The notes: generated by a model not told the origin, from the letters alone. Positions 42,501-54,048 are shown, counted from the first letter of the stretch. The stretch is DNA of 59,149 nt from Rhizaria sp. SCN 62-66 (GCA_001724265.1 MEDY01000031.1:62001-121149), one strand, 5' to 3'. Numbers and translations are program-made.

Positions 42501-42634
42501 TCGAGACGCAGGCCGGTACTTATGTTAAGGAGTTCGTGCACTCGGACCGCGGCCGCACCGTGCCGTCGGTCACCGCCATGCTCGGCGCGCCCTGCACCAT
42601 CATCCAGCTCGACGTCACGGACCTCATTATGTGA
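39548..42634 (+). CDS. PUS10: tRNA pseudouridine synthase Pus10
   Basis: N-terminal CxxC..CxxC, GMYEKLSRVVSQSAW, FHSSGREDLNVRMLGSGRPF, QETPLRVLLRR, TQAGTYVKEFVHSDRGRT, QLDV. Confidence 0.93.
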   Translation: MSFLRLPSWCAQSHGKVIAALGEMGMCAYCMLRFLDNRSERFYSLPEHDLIEVMLPEEFCNPPADAPVADATSTAAASADPAADAVPAAAQAPVPVHEHLRGAKTALQTRGYCPLCYELLPVSERVCDLVAAAVADADYEFSDFFLARTVPAPLAIRQHGAWIALGRRFPGLAPFSDDAGMEKHVVELKEAAKLAHPPRIAAAVNRHRAARAARTVAVVAAERGCAAPPLPAALDALLTSETRAAAAAAAAAVLGVASLPADAPTVTLDALLATPETDERGAAVGGGDADADAPRSSAGTDAGRLHTRLVNLAPATLAAREGDFTINTLYLAAPVPAAAEAALTAEIERAQGAFSNGRRNGRGGRGGGHGGGRGGHGGGFGNENNHNRGSALSINTNLPKTIGKVSWTTLNAHGFAPPRLPTAPLAPGTQLTASGPQVPYLIQAAVPVPVRAATPAAAAAAAEAAAEAAARGVSVLAAHYAAVSGTEAVPMADDCADTAAAASTSASASASGGAECSESAERDGTEQPDAKRPCLASVVTNATAAGANASASASDAAVVPPRGSFVPTALAVLLARDRDRAEPRTGVNTGAVIQISPYLCVEVACFHRSLFVMGMYEKLSRVVSQSAWYVPLLPHELSAVTAATATTTASTAEANGDVALDPTGAAAAAAAGDAVVSGDGDADDKDKDDDDGDDGGGDDDDEDGGGGGAGVPGGIVARQSRGFQKKHATTADEDEGGPFAETSVESELAFHLLPHFWPGGVAGYRAAPRGAPGPAPPQLACDPRGVRARSEAACHPSAALVDATTLGFTRAATGALPALAAATDATAASLVAYSGYRFKFHSSGREDLNVRMLGSGRPFFLEFTDPHRAPRLTPALLARLTSVINANALAVALPAPLQAGDTAAFAAMTRGIGEKRKRYRCVVHCERAIATAAELTAAVDTEQELTITQETPLRVLLRRSALARVRTVSRLRTQWLSPHWFVLDLETQAGTYVKEFVHSDRGRTVPSVTAMLGAPCTIIQLDVTDLIM

Positions 42635-42885
42635 GCGGCGGCAAAAGCTGCGAATGCGCATTCTCGAATGCGGTGAAACGTACTTGTGTTGAGTATGAAG
42701 GCCCACGGTGCATTTGATGTACGGTCGATATATCCATCTATAACGATGATTTCCCTTAGTTACAGCTTAAATAGAGTTTGTTTATTGATTTTACTGTTTT
42801 GATGTTGAATTAGGTTCTGTGTAGATGACGTAGTTTCTGTTTTGTTGTTGTGCGTGTTGACATTGCGAAAACTGTTTTGTTGCGT

Positions 42886-44174
42886 TTACGCGTCCTTGTC
42901 CATACTGCTATCGGAATTCTTCGCAGCAGCGGCCGCGGCAGCGGCAGCCTTGCGACGCTCACTCGGCTGCGGCAGCGACGAGTCCGACGCCGGCGCATCA
43001 TCTATGATGGACAACACGAGAATAAAAGGGGTGACAACGGAGTCGAGTCAGCAAACGAACGGATGAAAAACAAGATTTTTGGAAAGGCTTAGCAGTTAGC
43101 GATCGCAAAACGAAAAGAATTGGACGTACTGGGGGCGTTTGTGGCGCGGTTGGCCCAGCGCGCGAGGCGCTGCGCGGCGAGATCGACCCACGCGAGCGTC
43201 GGCCCGGGCTCGGGTAGCACGTCGGTGTAGAAGAAGTCGCCGCCCATGGCCGTGTAGTAGTTGACGCGGTACTGTGCGACCGAGCGCGCGGGTACGGGCG
43301 CGCGCGGCAGCGAAGCAACTTTAACAGCGACGGTCGCGCCGTCGTCGCCCGGCAACGCGGCCGCAGACGACGACGACGAATCGGAGACCGAGGGGTAAGC
43401 GAGCGTGGCGGCGTGCGCGCGCTGAGGCCCGACGACGTCGACGTCGGTGGCGACGTTGATCGGCGACATCGCGGGGTCCACACGCGCAACCGTCCAGCGT
43501 TCGGCTCCGATCAGCTCCGCCTGACGCTGCGAGTAGGGGGAGAACGCGAGAGCAAGAGTGAGTAGGTGTAGTGGTTAGAAATGTCAGTGCGTTTGTGCAC
43601 GAGATACAGAAGTGGGTGCAGTGAAGGAAGGTTATAGGGAGTACAGATAATCTTAGAATATACACGATAAAACGTATGGTGCAGTCGTGGCAAAATGTTA
43701 ACATTCGCGTGCAAATGGTTTTGGGGTGTCGCGACGTACGTGGAAAATGCCCCAGGGCACGAGCGAGTCGGTGGGGTTGACGCTCTCGACCTTGGTGACC
43801 ATGCTCTTTTCGCTTTCGCTCTTGACGCGCTCGCGGGCGCGGCGGCGGTCCTCAAGGTCGGTGACCTGGTCAAGCGAGAGATCGAGCAGCTTGCCCTTGA
43901 ACGTGGACACGACAGACTCAATCTTCTCGGGGAACAGGTTTGCACGGAGGTTCTCGATCAATGTCGTCGGGCGGATCTCGATGCTCTTCATCGCCAAAAC
44001 AAGCGCTGCCAGGTTCAGTTCCAGGTTCGGCTGACGCTTATACATGCCGCGCACCAAGTCAGCACGCGGCGGGAAGCTGCGGCGGAACAGGTCGCCCGAA
44101 GCAATCGCAGCCAGCACATTGGGGTCCTGCGGAGGCATCGCGATTGCCGGGTTCCTCCGGTTCTCGTTCGACAT
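42886..44174 (-). CDS. Hypothetical protein (~315 aa), 3 exons
   Basis: Exons 44174-43740, 43526-43130, 43001-42886 join in frame via two GTACGT..AG introns; ends DKDA-TAA; an additional upstream exon is possible. Confidence 0.72.
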
Positions 44175-44967
44175 GCCGATCGCTAATTGCAGTAAAAAAA
44201 CAAAAACAAGCAAGTAAGCGTAATTAATATATAATTGCGTAATTATATCTCCTGAGCTTCACGTTTATACCACGAAGACGGCTAAAATAATCAGTGACCA
44301 CCGCTTTTTGACGGCTCGCTCTCCGATCCCAGCCGTCGTCCAGAGAGTTCTCTAGCGTGGGGGAAATCCACGTCTGTAACTCCCCATGGCGAGTCTGCGC
44401 AGGCCTCTATTGCCTTTTTCTGTACTTCTAAGGCACATTTCTCTATCTTTTCAATAGTTAACCTTGGCTCTGGCTCATGAGTCGCGTACACTGTCCCTCC
44501 GTAAAGTGTGGGACGCAACGACTCCCTTGCCCACAGTGGCTTTACCCGTCGCACCTGCTCACGCCCACTAGTTCTTTTTTGCAACATTTGTCAGGCTGTG
44601 TCCAAGTATAGTGCAAGCTGGTGGGCCTCCCTAATTGCTCCTTGACATCCCCCACTCCGTAATCCCCTGCCGGCGAGCAGCCCGCGACGGAGAATGTCAT
44701 CAACGACCACACCATTCGACATCGACATTGACGACCAGCGTCTCATGCGGAACCCAGTACGTCACTCAATGCGATATCACTTTGGAACTCGGTATTTTCG
44801 CATTTTTTGTATCATATGTACCCTTTGAAGCGCAAAACACTTTCTCTAAACCAACATTCTCGCCCATTTTCCGAACCCAACCCTGTCATACATCACAGAG
44901 CCAAATTATCAGACAGAAGAAGATTTTCCAGGCCGGAAAGTCTTCTCAGGTGCTTGGCGACGACGCC

Positions 44968-46497
44968 ATGACGGTGCCCTTGGCGGCGCACCGGCGCAAC
45001 CCGTCGGGTACGCTTGTGGGCGGCATTCCCGCGTCTGTGGCCGCGCAGTTGTCCCCGCTGCACGCCTCACGTACCCGCGACGCCGTTATCTTGCAGCAGC
45101 AGCAGGCGCAGCAGCAGCAGCAGTCGCAGCCCTCTTCGGACCGCGACACGTCGCGCGACGGCCCCTACGCCGCCTACTACGCGCCCGGTGCCTCGGGCGT
45201 CATGACCGGTATGATTGGCGTGGGTATGGGGGGTGTGAGCGGCATGGGCATCGGCGTTGGGCCCGGCCTGGGATTCAACGCCGTCGCCACGGGGCCCAAC
45301 TCGTTCGAGTTCTCCCCGCTGGGCGACCCGCAGCCGCTCCCTCTGACGCTGACGCAGCCGCAGACTCAGCAAACGCCCACGTCGTCGTCGTCGTCTGCGT
45401 CGTCGTCTGCGCCAGCGCTGTCGTCGTCGCTGTCATCATCGACGCCCCCGATCCAGGCGCCGTCCCCCGCGCCCGCGCCGCTCATCTCGCTCCCGGCCAC
45501 GCTCGCATCGGCTTCTGGCGTCCCGGCCTCGACGCTCACCGCCTTCAACGCCTTTGACGCCGGCTTGGCCAGCGGCAGCTCCATCAGCCCGCGCTTCGGC
45601 CCCCGCGCGCCCGCCGCCGGCGCGGGCCCGCCCGGGGCGGAGCTCTCGGACGCGCAGTCCTCCGTCGCTGCATTTAGCACCGCCAGCAACAGCCCCTACG
45701 GCGGCAGCGGCGGCAGCGTTGGCGGCGGCGCAACAGCGGCGAGTGGTGGCGGCAGCGGCAGCGGCAGCGGCAGCGGCAGCGGCACTGGGACGATGCCCGA
45801 CGGCCTGCTGCTGTTCGACACCGTCGACGGGTCGTCGACGGCGGTGGCGGCGCTGGCTGCAGGCACCGTGACGCACCGGCCGTCGTCGCACCGGCTGCCG
45901 TCGCCGGTCCCGCCGCGGCCGCGCACCGTCGCGCGCACAGGCTCCGCGGTTGACGCCGCGCTCTCCTCCTCCGGCTTCCTCCCCGTCAATAACGCGAATA
46001 ACAACAGCAACACTGTGAACATCAACAGCAACCTCAACAGCTCGTTCAACAGCAGCGCGGCGAGCATGGGCAGCGTTAGCGTGACGGGTCCGGGGGCAGA
46101 GGCTGGTGACGCGCCTGCGCCGCACACGCCCGCCGGCTCCGTCGCCGCGCAGTCACGTACGCAGGCGCAGTCTCAGCAGCAGCAGCAGACATCGCCGCCG
46201 CGGTCGCACGTGCGGTCTGCCTCGTCCTCCACGCTGCCTCACGTATCCACCACCAACTCCTCCGCATCAGCCTCAGCATCAGCCTCAGCGTCGGCCTCGG
46301 CCGCGGCCTCTGGCTCAGCGTCTGGCTCTGCGTCGGCCTTCGTCTCTGGTTCTGCGTCGGCCATGGGCGAGCACAGCCCTCCCGCGGGCCCGCAGTCGCA
46401 TTTGCACTCTCATTCGCACCCGCACGACCCCGCTGTTTCATCCTCGTCGTCCTCGGTCGGCGGCGGCGGCGGCGACGGCGGCGGCAACGGCGGCGGT

Positions 46498-46532
<35 letters not shown>

Positions 46533-48083
46533 TGTGATGTCGGTGGCGGCGCTAGGCGAGTCGCTGCGCGCGCTGCAGCGGGAGCAATAGCTGCTGCTGC
46601 AGCACGCCGACCGCCTCCACGTGCAGCAAACGGCGCTCTGTGACGCGCTCGAGGAGCATACTGCGCGTGAGCCCGCGCTCGCGGCCGCCGCCGCCGCCGC
46701 CGCGGCTGGAGGCGCCGCGGCCGCGGGCGGCGCGGGCACGCTGCGGGCGCACCGCGCGCGCACGATGCAGCTGCAGGAGCGCCAGCTGCTGCTGCAGCAG
46801 CACCAGCACAACCTGCTGCTGCAGCAGCACTCGCTACAGACACGCCAGCTCGCGCTGCAGCAGGCGTACCTCGACTCGAAGCAGAGCACGCTGCGCGCAC
46901 TCTCCGTCTCGCACCCCGCGTCCAGCTCAAACTCCCCCGTCGGCGCGCGCGCGCACCGCACCAACTCCGCCTCGGGCGCCTCGTTCGCGTCCACCAGCAC
47001 CAGTGCGGCGCCCAACGGCTCGTCCTTCGGCTCCGCGCTCGCTGGCACTGGCACGGGCGCTGGTACGGGCGCTGGTGCGGTTGTGGGCGGTGCGCTGGCC
47101 GGCGGCGGCTCGCCCTCCGGCTTTGTCCGCACGTCGGCCGGTCTGGGCTCCGGCTCAGGCTCGGGCTCGACCGCGTCGACCGGCTCCCCGCAGCCGCGCG
47201 CGCTGTCCCCCGCGTTTCCGGGCGTCGCCGTCGGCGTCCCCGGCTCTGCGGGCGCGGGCACGCACTCCAGCTACGGCGGCTCTAGTGCGGGTGCGGCGGG
47301 CGCGTCGCCGCCGCCCAGCTCGCGCGGCGTGCCCCCGCAGCTCTACTGGGCCGGCGACACCGGCGTCGGCGCCACTGCGGCGACCGCGGCAGCGGCCGCG
47401 GCGACACCAGCGGGCGGGCGCATCCTGACCCCGCTGCACGGCGCCGCGTCGTGCCCCACCTCGGCCGCCACGAGCGCGGGCGCCGGCGCGCCGCTGTCGC
47501 CGCTCGCCGGCATGGCCACGACGGCCGCGGCAGCGCAGCAGGCCGCCGCCGCCGCCGCCGCCGCCTCTGCGGGAATCATCCGCAGCCTCTCGCCAACCGG
47601 CTCGCCCGTGCCCTCAGCGCTGCCCTCGCGCACCAACTCGCGCCTCGCCGGCGGCGTCGGCACCGGCGTGTCGCCGCTGATGGCCTTCCGCGCGCTGTCA
47701 CTCACCGCCGCCACGGCCGCGGCGGCGATTCTGGCGCCCGTCAGCACCACCAACTCGCCCGTGCCCGGCGGCGCGGCCGGCAGCTCCGGCTCCCCCACCG
47801 GCACTAACACTGGCGCTGGTGCTGGCGTCGGCGTGGGTCTGGGACCGAACGCGATGCCCGCGCCCGCGCCCGTGCCCGCGGCGGCGATCGCGGCTGCGCT
47901 GGCGGCGGGCGGGCCGCTGCTGTCCGCGGCTGGCGGGTCCCCGCTGAACCCCGCACGCCGCCAGCCCTCTTTCTCCGCCACAGCTGCGGGCGCCAGCGGC
48001 GCCGCCGGCAACGGCAACGGTGGTGGCAGTGGCAGCTCACAGTCGCCGGGCCTCGTCGCGGGCGCCCTTGTCCAGCACACGAT

Positions 48084-48124
<41 letters not shown>

Positions 48125-49608
48125 CTCTGCAGTCGCTGTCACCGACGCCGACGCCGGTGATCTCGCTGACGCACCCGCCGCTGGTGACCTTCGACGGCCC
48201 GCCGCGGCCCGTCCCGCTGGGCGCCACCGCGGGCTACACAGCCGGCGGAGTGCCGGGCCAGCTGGCGCTGCCGGCGCAGGCCTCTGGCTCGGGCACGGCC
48301 TCGGGCCCGGGCTCGGTGTCGGTATCACCCGCGCTCTCGCCCGCGCATTCACTCCAGTCGCAACAGCAGTCGAAGCCCCTGTCTGCGGGCCCCACCGGCC
48401 CCGGCGCGTCCCCCGCGGGCGGTCTGTTCGGGTCCGCGTCGAGCCTGAGCGTGCCCCCCTCGGCCACGTCGGCCGGCGGCGGCGGCGGCGGCGGCGTGGC
48501 GCCCGCGTTAGGCCCCGGGGGCTCGGCCTCGCTTCACTCGCACTCGCTGTCAGTCTCGCACCCGCCGCCGCCGGGCGCCCTCGCGCTCGGAGCCACCGGC
48601 GCCACCGCCGCGGGCGCAACCATGGGCGCAGCGATGGGCGCGTTTGCGCGGCAAGGCAGCGGCGCCGCGGGCCCCGTGCCCGGGCTCGGCGCGCAGCGCA
48701 CGTCCTTGACGCTGCCGCGCGGCGGGTTGGGGCTGAGCCTCGGGCTCGGGCTCGGCGCCGTCCCCGCCGCGGGCGCCGTGCCCGGCTACGGGCCGCAGCA
48801 GATCGCCGTGGGCTACGGCCCGCAGCCGATGTACGTGATGCCCCCCGCGGTGGCGTCGCGCCACGGGCCCAACTCTGGGCTGGGGCTCACGCACGCGCAC
48901 AGCCTCGGCCTCGGGCTTACAGGCGGCACCGGCGCGACCGGCGGCGCAACCGGCGGCCCCAGCGGACTGCCGGCCGTCGCGGGCGGCGCCAACGCGGGCG
49001 GGCCGCTCTCGGTCTCCGCCGACGACGCCGCAGCCGCCGCAGCCGCCGCGATCGCGATCGGCGGCGCGCCTGGCCCCAAGGGCTCGGTCTCGATCGGCTA
49101 CGCGGCCGCGCCGGGATTCGCGACAGCGCCGGGTGCCAACGCGGGCCCCGCGCTGGGCCCCGGGATGGGCGCCGCGCTGCCGGTGGGCGCGGACGTGCTG
49201 CTGGTCGAGGACGTGCGCGTGAGCTCCAAGGTGGCCGAGATGGCGCTGCGGCGCGAGCGCTTCACGACAATGCTGGTCGAATCGGGCGAGGACGCCGTGG
49301 CGGCGGCCAAGAGCCGGTCGTTCCGCGTGATCCTGATGGACATCCACTTGCCTAAGATGTCTGGCATCGAGGCCACGCGCGCGATCCGCGAGGACGAGCA
49401 GCGCTGCGGGCGCGCGCCGTGCCTCGTGCTGGCCCTCACTGGTAACGTCGCCGCCTCGGATCTGCAGACGTACCGTGCCGTCGGCATCGACGGCTGCATC
49501 GCCAAAGGCCGCCTGCTCGGAGACGCGCTCAATAAGGCGCTTAAGGCCAACCAGGCCTTCCCGGGCAAGTTCGTCTCGATCATCGACAACGACGTCAAGG
49601 TCTACTAA
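44968..49608 (+). CDS. Large low-complexity protein with a C-terminal response-regulator receiver domain, read through an in-frame TAG at 46588-46590
   Basis: ORFs 44635-46590 and 46621-49608 share a frame with a single TAG between; REC motifs VLLVED, VILMDIHLPKMSGIEATRAIR, LALTGN, GIDGCIAK; TAA stop. Confidence 0.82.
46501..46530 (+). repeat. (TCG)10 coding microsatellite, poly-Ser
   Basis: Read directly from sequence. Confidence 0.9.
48085..48123 (+). repeat. (CAG)13 coding microsatellite, poly-Gln
   Basis: Read directly from sequence. Confidence 0.95.
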
Positions 49609-51528
49609 GACCTCGCACGGTCGGCCGCGCGGCGGAGCGCGGCAGCAGACGCTCGTCTTTATTTGTATTTTCTGATGTTTACTTTACTATGTGTTGTGTG
49701 TGTGAACGAACCAGCGAGTTTGGAGGAGAACTGCTTCAATCAGCCTCTCCCCTCAGCTTCGTCGGTCTCTCCGTCAGATTGCTGTTTGTCTGTCGGTTGC
49801 TCAATATCTCTATCCCTCTACTTCTCTTACTTCTCTGACTACTTCCTCGTTCTCTCATTCGCTCGATTGCTAGCGTGGTTGCGCAGTCGGGCGTCTCGCG
49901 GCACTCGGCCATTTGCTGTCGTCATTCCTCGGTAATTCGTGTTGGGTGACTGTTCATAGTGCCTTCCTCACACGAGGCGATTCGAATGCGACTTTGGTCG
50001 TCAATCTCTTTTTTTTAAACAAAATCATCATAAGTCTCTTATAATTTTTTAACTCATTTGAATAATCCTTATGCTAAACTGGTTGGCGCTTTTCCTTCGT
50101 GTGTCCTGCGATTATCGTTGCTGCAGATCACTCGTTTGCGCGCGCCCTTTTTATGTTCTCCCGTCTTCATTCCCCCCCAATCTCTCTCGTTTTATCGTTG
50201 ATTCTCTTTCTTTGTCTTTGTCACATTGTGTCGTTTTGTTGTTTTCCTTTTTTTGATCCTATCTGCTTTCTTATGTCTCCGCTGTCGCCTCGTGCACACG
50301 CAGACTCGGCGCAGCGCCCGTCGCTGCGCTCTTCGTTGTGTTTGCCATGACGCGATGTTCGCCGATATCCTCTTTTGATTGGTCCGTTCTGTTCCCTCGC
50401 TTCAAGCTTTGATCTCGCTCTCATACGAGCCAAGAGTGTTCGTCCGCAGCCGGCCCTTTGCCCCCGCGACCCCCCACACTCGCTCACCTTTCGCACGCCC
50501 CCCAGTCTCGGGTGCCGTCCTTCTCGCCGTCACGCCTTCTGCTCCGCGCACCACCCTGCCACTGCCTCGCCACACCCTGCCACTCTCCGCGCCTCCTGTT
50601 GCATGCCCAACCGCCTCGACGTCCCCCGGCCATGCTTGACGCACGCCGCGCGGGCGACTCTGGCCGGCCTCGCTGCCGCTGGGGCTGCTGCAACTGTTGT
50701 TGCTGCTTCTGGGGCTGTGAGTGTGGCTGGCTGCGTGTATGTGAGTGTGGGACAAGCGCCGACGCCGACACCGACGTCTCTGTCGGGCATGCCTTATGTA
50801 CATGTACTACTTCACTTCTTTGCGTCGGTATCCTCCACTATTTTTATTTTTATCGTCAAACGGTAATGAATAGTCAGCTTAACAAAATACACACACATAA
50901 TCTTATTTCATATCTCCGAATATGCTATTGTTCCAGCAAAGCATCCTTCAACGATGTCACCAATCAACAATTACGTGGAAAATGCAAGACTTAAAATTGT
51001 GTGTATTCTCTATCACTGCGTCTAAACTGACGAGCACAGGTGTCAAGACGGTCGGATGTGTGCAGTGCAGAAAGCATCCGGCTATCGAGGACAATCTGCC
51101 AGTTCACGGACAACAGCAACTGAAGTGCAGTGGAGCAATAAACGGGACGGGAAAGGGGAACACAGTCAATCTGCGCGCCTCGTCGTCGTCGAAACAACGA
51201 GGCGCACCGCCGCGACAGTCGCGGCCGACGGTCAAACCGCTGGCGAGGGGATGCACAGCCCCGCGAGTGGCCGGCGCGGCGACAAAGGCGCGCGCTTGAA
51301 TCAGGTGGCAGTCACTCGCAGGGTGTGGAGTTCGGAAAAGGGCGTTCAACAAAATCAAAGTGCAAGGGGCAACGTTGCGAGCTCGGTGCTGGCACAGGCG
51401 CAGAGGCAAACGTGAACATGGTCACATGCACAGACATAATAAAAACAGGAGCAGGGCTGAATGTACACAGGCGCCGCAAATGATGCGACGCGGTGGCGGA
51501 GGGAAGTTCCTGGCACGACAAGGCCCGC

Positions 51529-52713
51529 TTAGAGCTGGGGGATAGTGATGCCGCGAGAGAACATGTTGCAAGCCCCGGAAGCAAGGCGGAAGTAGCCCTT
51601 CTCGCCCTATTGTAAGGAGAACCAGAAAGGGAATCGGAAAATGTGGAATGAATATGAGTGGCTATCAAGGAGACAAAGGTTTAAAGAGAGATCTTGATCA
51701 AAAAAAATACGTAACATATAATCGATATTTCAACTATATACAAAAGCATTCACACGTACCCACTGCTCGCCCCAGCTGTTGCGGATAATGTAGTAGTTAA
51801 TGAAATTGTCACCCAGACGCTGGGTCGAGTAGCCGACCGCCGTGACGGCGTGGTTGGGGCTTTCGCCCTTGCACGCATTGGGGAGAATAATGCCCTCGCG
51901 GTAGTGCTGGAGCGCCTCGCCAGCGTAGAGGGCAATGTACGCGGGGTTGATGGAGATCAAGGCGAGGAAGTTGTTGTCGTTGCCGGCGGCGTGCGAGAAG
52001 GCGCGGATCTTGCCAACGGGCGCGGGGAGTTTCTTGTCGCACTTGCCGATCGAGGCCGAGTTGTAAGGCTTCTGGGACTCGAGGTAGTAGCCGGACTTCT
52101 TGAGCGCGCCGAACGCGCACGAGTAGGCGCCGCCGCGGCAGCCGCCGCAGGCGCACTCGGTGAGTGCAGCGGGGGAGATGTAGTCGGCCGCTGGGGAGCC
52201 CTTGATGGCGAGCAGCGCCTCGACCGTCGAGGTGCTCGTGTGCGCCCAGCACGAGCCGCAGGGACCCTGGTGGCGGACGGTGCGCAGGACGCCGGGGGTC
52301 GTGCGCCAGTCGAAGCCCTTCTGGAAGTTCTCCTGCATGGCCTCGGCAGACTGCTCAGCGGCGTTGAAGTGCCTCATGCCGTTCTCGGCCTCAGAGTCGG
52401 CCTCGAGGAACGAGGCCGTGGACCCGTTGTCGCCGGTGTACTTGGCAATGAATTCCGCGGTCGTCATGTCGGAGAACTGCGTCGGGGCAAGCGTGTACGT
52501 GCGGTTCGCACTACCGTTCAGGGTCGTGATGCGGTCCAGGTTGCGGCGGAAAACGGCGAGTTTTGCGGCGAACGCGCTCGCAGCGTACGACTTGCGGAAC
52601 TTGGCGATGTACTGCGTAAAGATCTTCACGTAGTCAGCCTCGGTCGAGCTCGCATCTACCACGGAGACGGCGAGCAGCGCCACAACGACGAGCACAGTCG
52701 CAGAAAGGCGCAT
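51529..52713 (-). CDS. Papain-family (C1A) cysteine protease with signal peptide and I29 prodomain, 2 coding exons
   Basis: MRLSATVLVVVALLA; QFSDMTTAEF; FDWR; QGPCGSCWAH; NHAVTAVGY; IRNSWGEQW | intron 51759-51607 | GEKGYFRLASGACNMF..QL-TAA. Confidence 0.93.
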
Positions 52714-53137
52714 CGTACACTGATTGGCGAGCAAGACGAGTAAGAGAAGGAGAAAGGGCGAGTAGGTAGAGCCATATATGAGCATTATTGAAGAAATGTA
52801 GATAAAAACATAGAGAATCCGTACGTATGTACCAAAATATGTCTGAGATACATCAATACGTCGAGCGACAGAGTCGCCTGACGGGGAGCTAAAAACAAAG
52901 GCAGCGTCATGTGCTTGTGAAGCTCTGGTTCCCAATATCAGATCACCACGCTGCACAAATCCGACATCGAAGTACATTCAACATAAATCCAAGTACACGC
53001 GTTGATTTCAAACCGGATTTAATCGCCTGCAGTTCAAAACACTAATAGCTCGGTGTGAAATTCGAGTCAACAAAACGCGACGAGACAGACCGACGTGAGG
53101 AGGAGGTTTATTTGACTGTGAGAATTTTTACGAACCG

Positions 53138-53196
53138 GGTCGGTCGATCGCGGTTGTCGGTCGGTCGGTCGGTCAGTCGGTCGGCCCGGCCGGCCC
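53138..53196. repeat. Imperfect (GGTC)n tetranucleotide tract
   Basis: ggtcggtc..gtcggtcggtcggtcggtcagtcggtcgg in the intergenic region. Confidence 0.7.
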
Positions 53197-53463
53197 GCAA
53201 TTCGGTCATCCCGCTCGAATTGCGTGGGGCATCTTTACACAGGGCACACTGCGCCGTAATGGTCGTGGATAGTGCCGGTGTGCAACTTCTGGGTTACACT
53301 CAGAGGTAGTTCGGATTTTCTTCAAATGGGAAAGTCTGCAGAAGCGTCTAGGCGGCAGATTTGCTCCAGAAAAGGGGAGTTTCGGCCGACTGTCGTCCGA
53401 ACCCGTCGACTCACGACTTGACCAAGACTTGTCTAGCGCTTAATTACGCGTGACTGCGGAGCC

Positions 53464-53527
53464 ACATCGTGATTAGGTTATCCCTGACCTGATGTGGGTC
53501 ATGTTTTGCTGCTAGGTTGGCTGATGT
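53464..53527 (+). ncRNA. Candidate box C/D snoRNA with antisense to LSU rRNA CAGGGAUAAC (snR38-type target region)
   Basis: C-like GTGATTA 53469-53475, guide GTTATCCCTG 53477-53486, CTGA 53489 and 53521, short ACA/TGT terminal stem. The C box is imperfect. Confidence 0.5.
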
Positions 53528-53669
53528 CACTCTTGGCATGACTATCCCCGCTAAGGTGTCATGTCGTGCCTGAGACTCCGTCTCTCGGCACGACATTTGC
53601 GTGCTTAAAGGTATGTCAATGCAGCCAAATGGTGTACAATTGGGCTCAAATGCATTCATTGCTTTACCG

Positions 53670-53757
53670 CTTGACATGATGATTTACTGTAATCTCGTTA
53701 ACCTGAATTTTGACAGATGAAAAACAACAACCATTCATACCATACTACTGACTCAAG
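53670..53757 (+). ncRNA. Box C/D snoRNA, SNORD30-like
   Basis: Terminal stem CTTGA/TCAAG, C box ATGATGA 53676, guide AATCTCGTTAA antisense to conserved LSU UUAACGAGAUU, D' CTGA 53703, C' AGATGA 53715, D CTGA 53748. Confidence 0.85.
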
Positions 53758-54048
53758 CACAACCTCATGTTCCATTCATCTAGATATCCCCGCCCACCTG
53801 AACTTCGATCTCACAAATATGTTCCATGTTGTGGACACTCCTCTATTTGTCGACATCTCCCACTTTAGGCGGCTGACACTGTCAATCAAGATCCATAAAA
53901 TCGAAATTGTATTGCTGTGTTAACAACTTGCTATCTGGCCCTCAATGTGGCCCTCATTATTTTGTCGAATCACTCAATACATAGAACACCCTTCACAAAT
54001 ACGTCAGTAAAATCATTCTGGAAAGCAACATACGACAACATCACTTCT

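Noticed and set aside
44291-44587. 98-aa minus-strand ORF upstream of the 42886-44174 gene
   Set aside because: Codon usage unlike neighbouring genes and no recognisable motif; could be UTR, an upstream exon or an element relic, but unsupported.
29570-49598. Numerous overlapping Arg/Ala/Pro-rich alternative-frame and antisense ORFs
   Set aside because: Expected from very high GC and scarce stop codons; the true frames are identified by conserved motifs.
49700-51500. Short ORFs in the region between the receiver-domain gene and the protease (e.g. 50375-50866, 50530-50790)
   Set aside because: Some GC-rich patches, but no consistent coding frame or exon chain could be built; probably UTR or intergenic.
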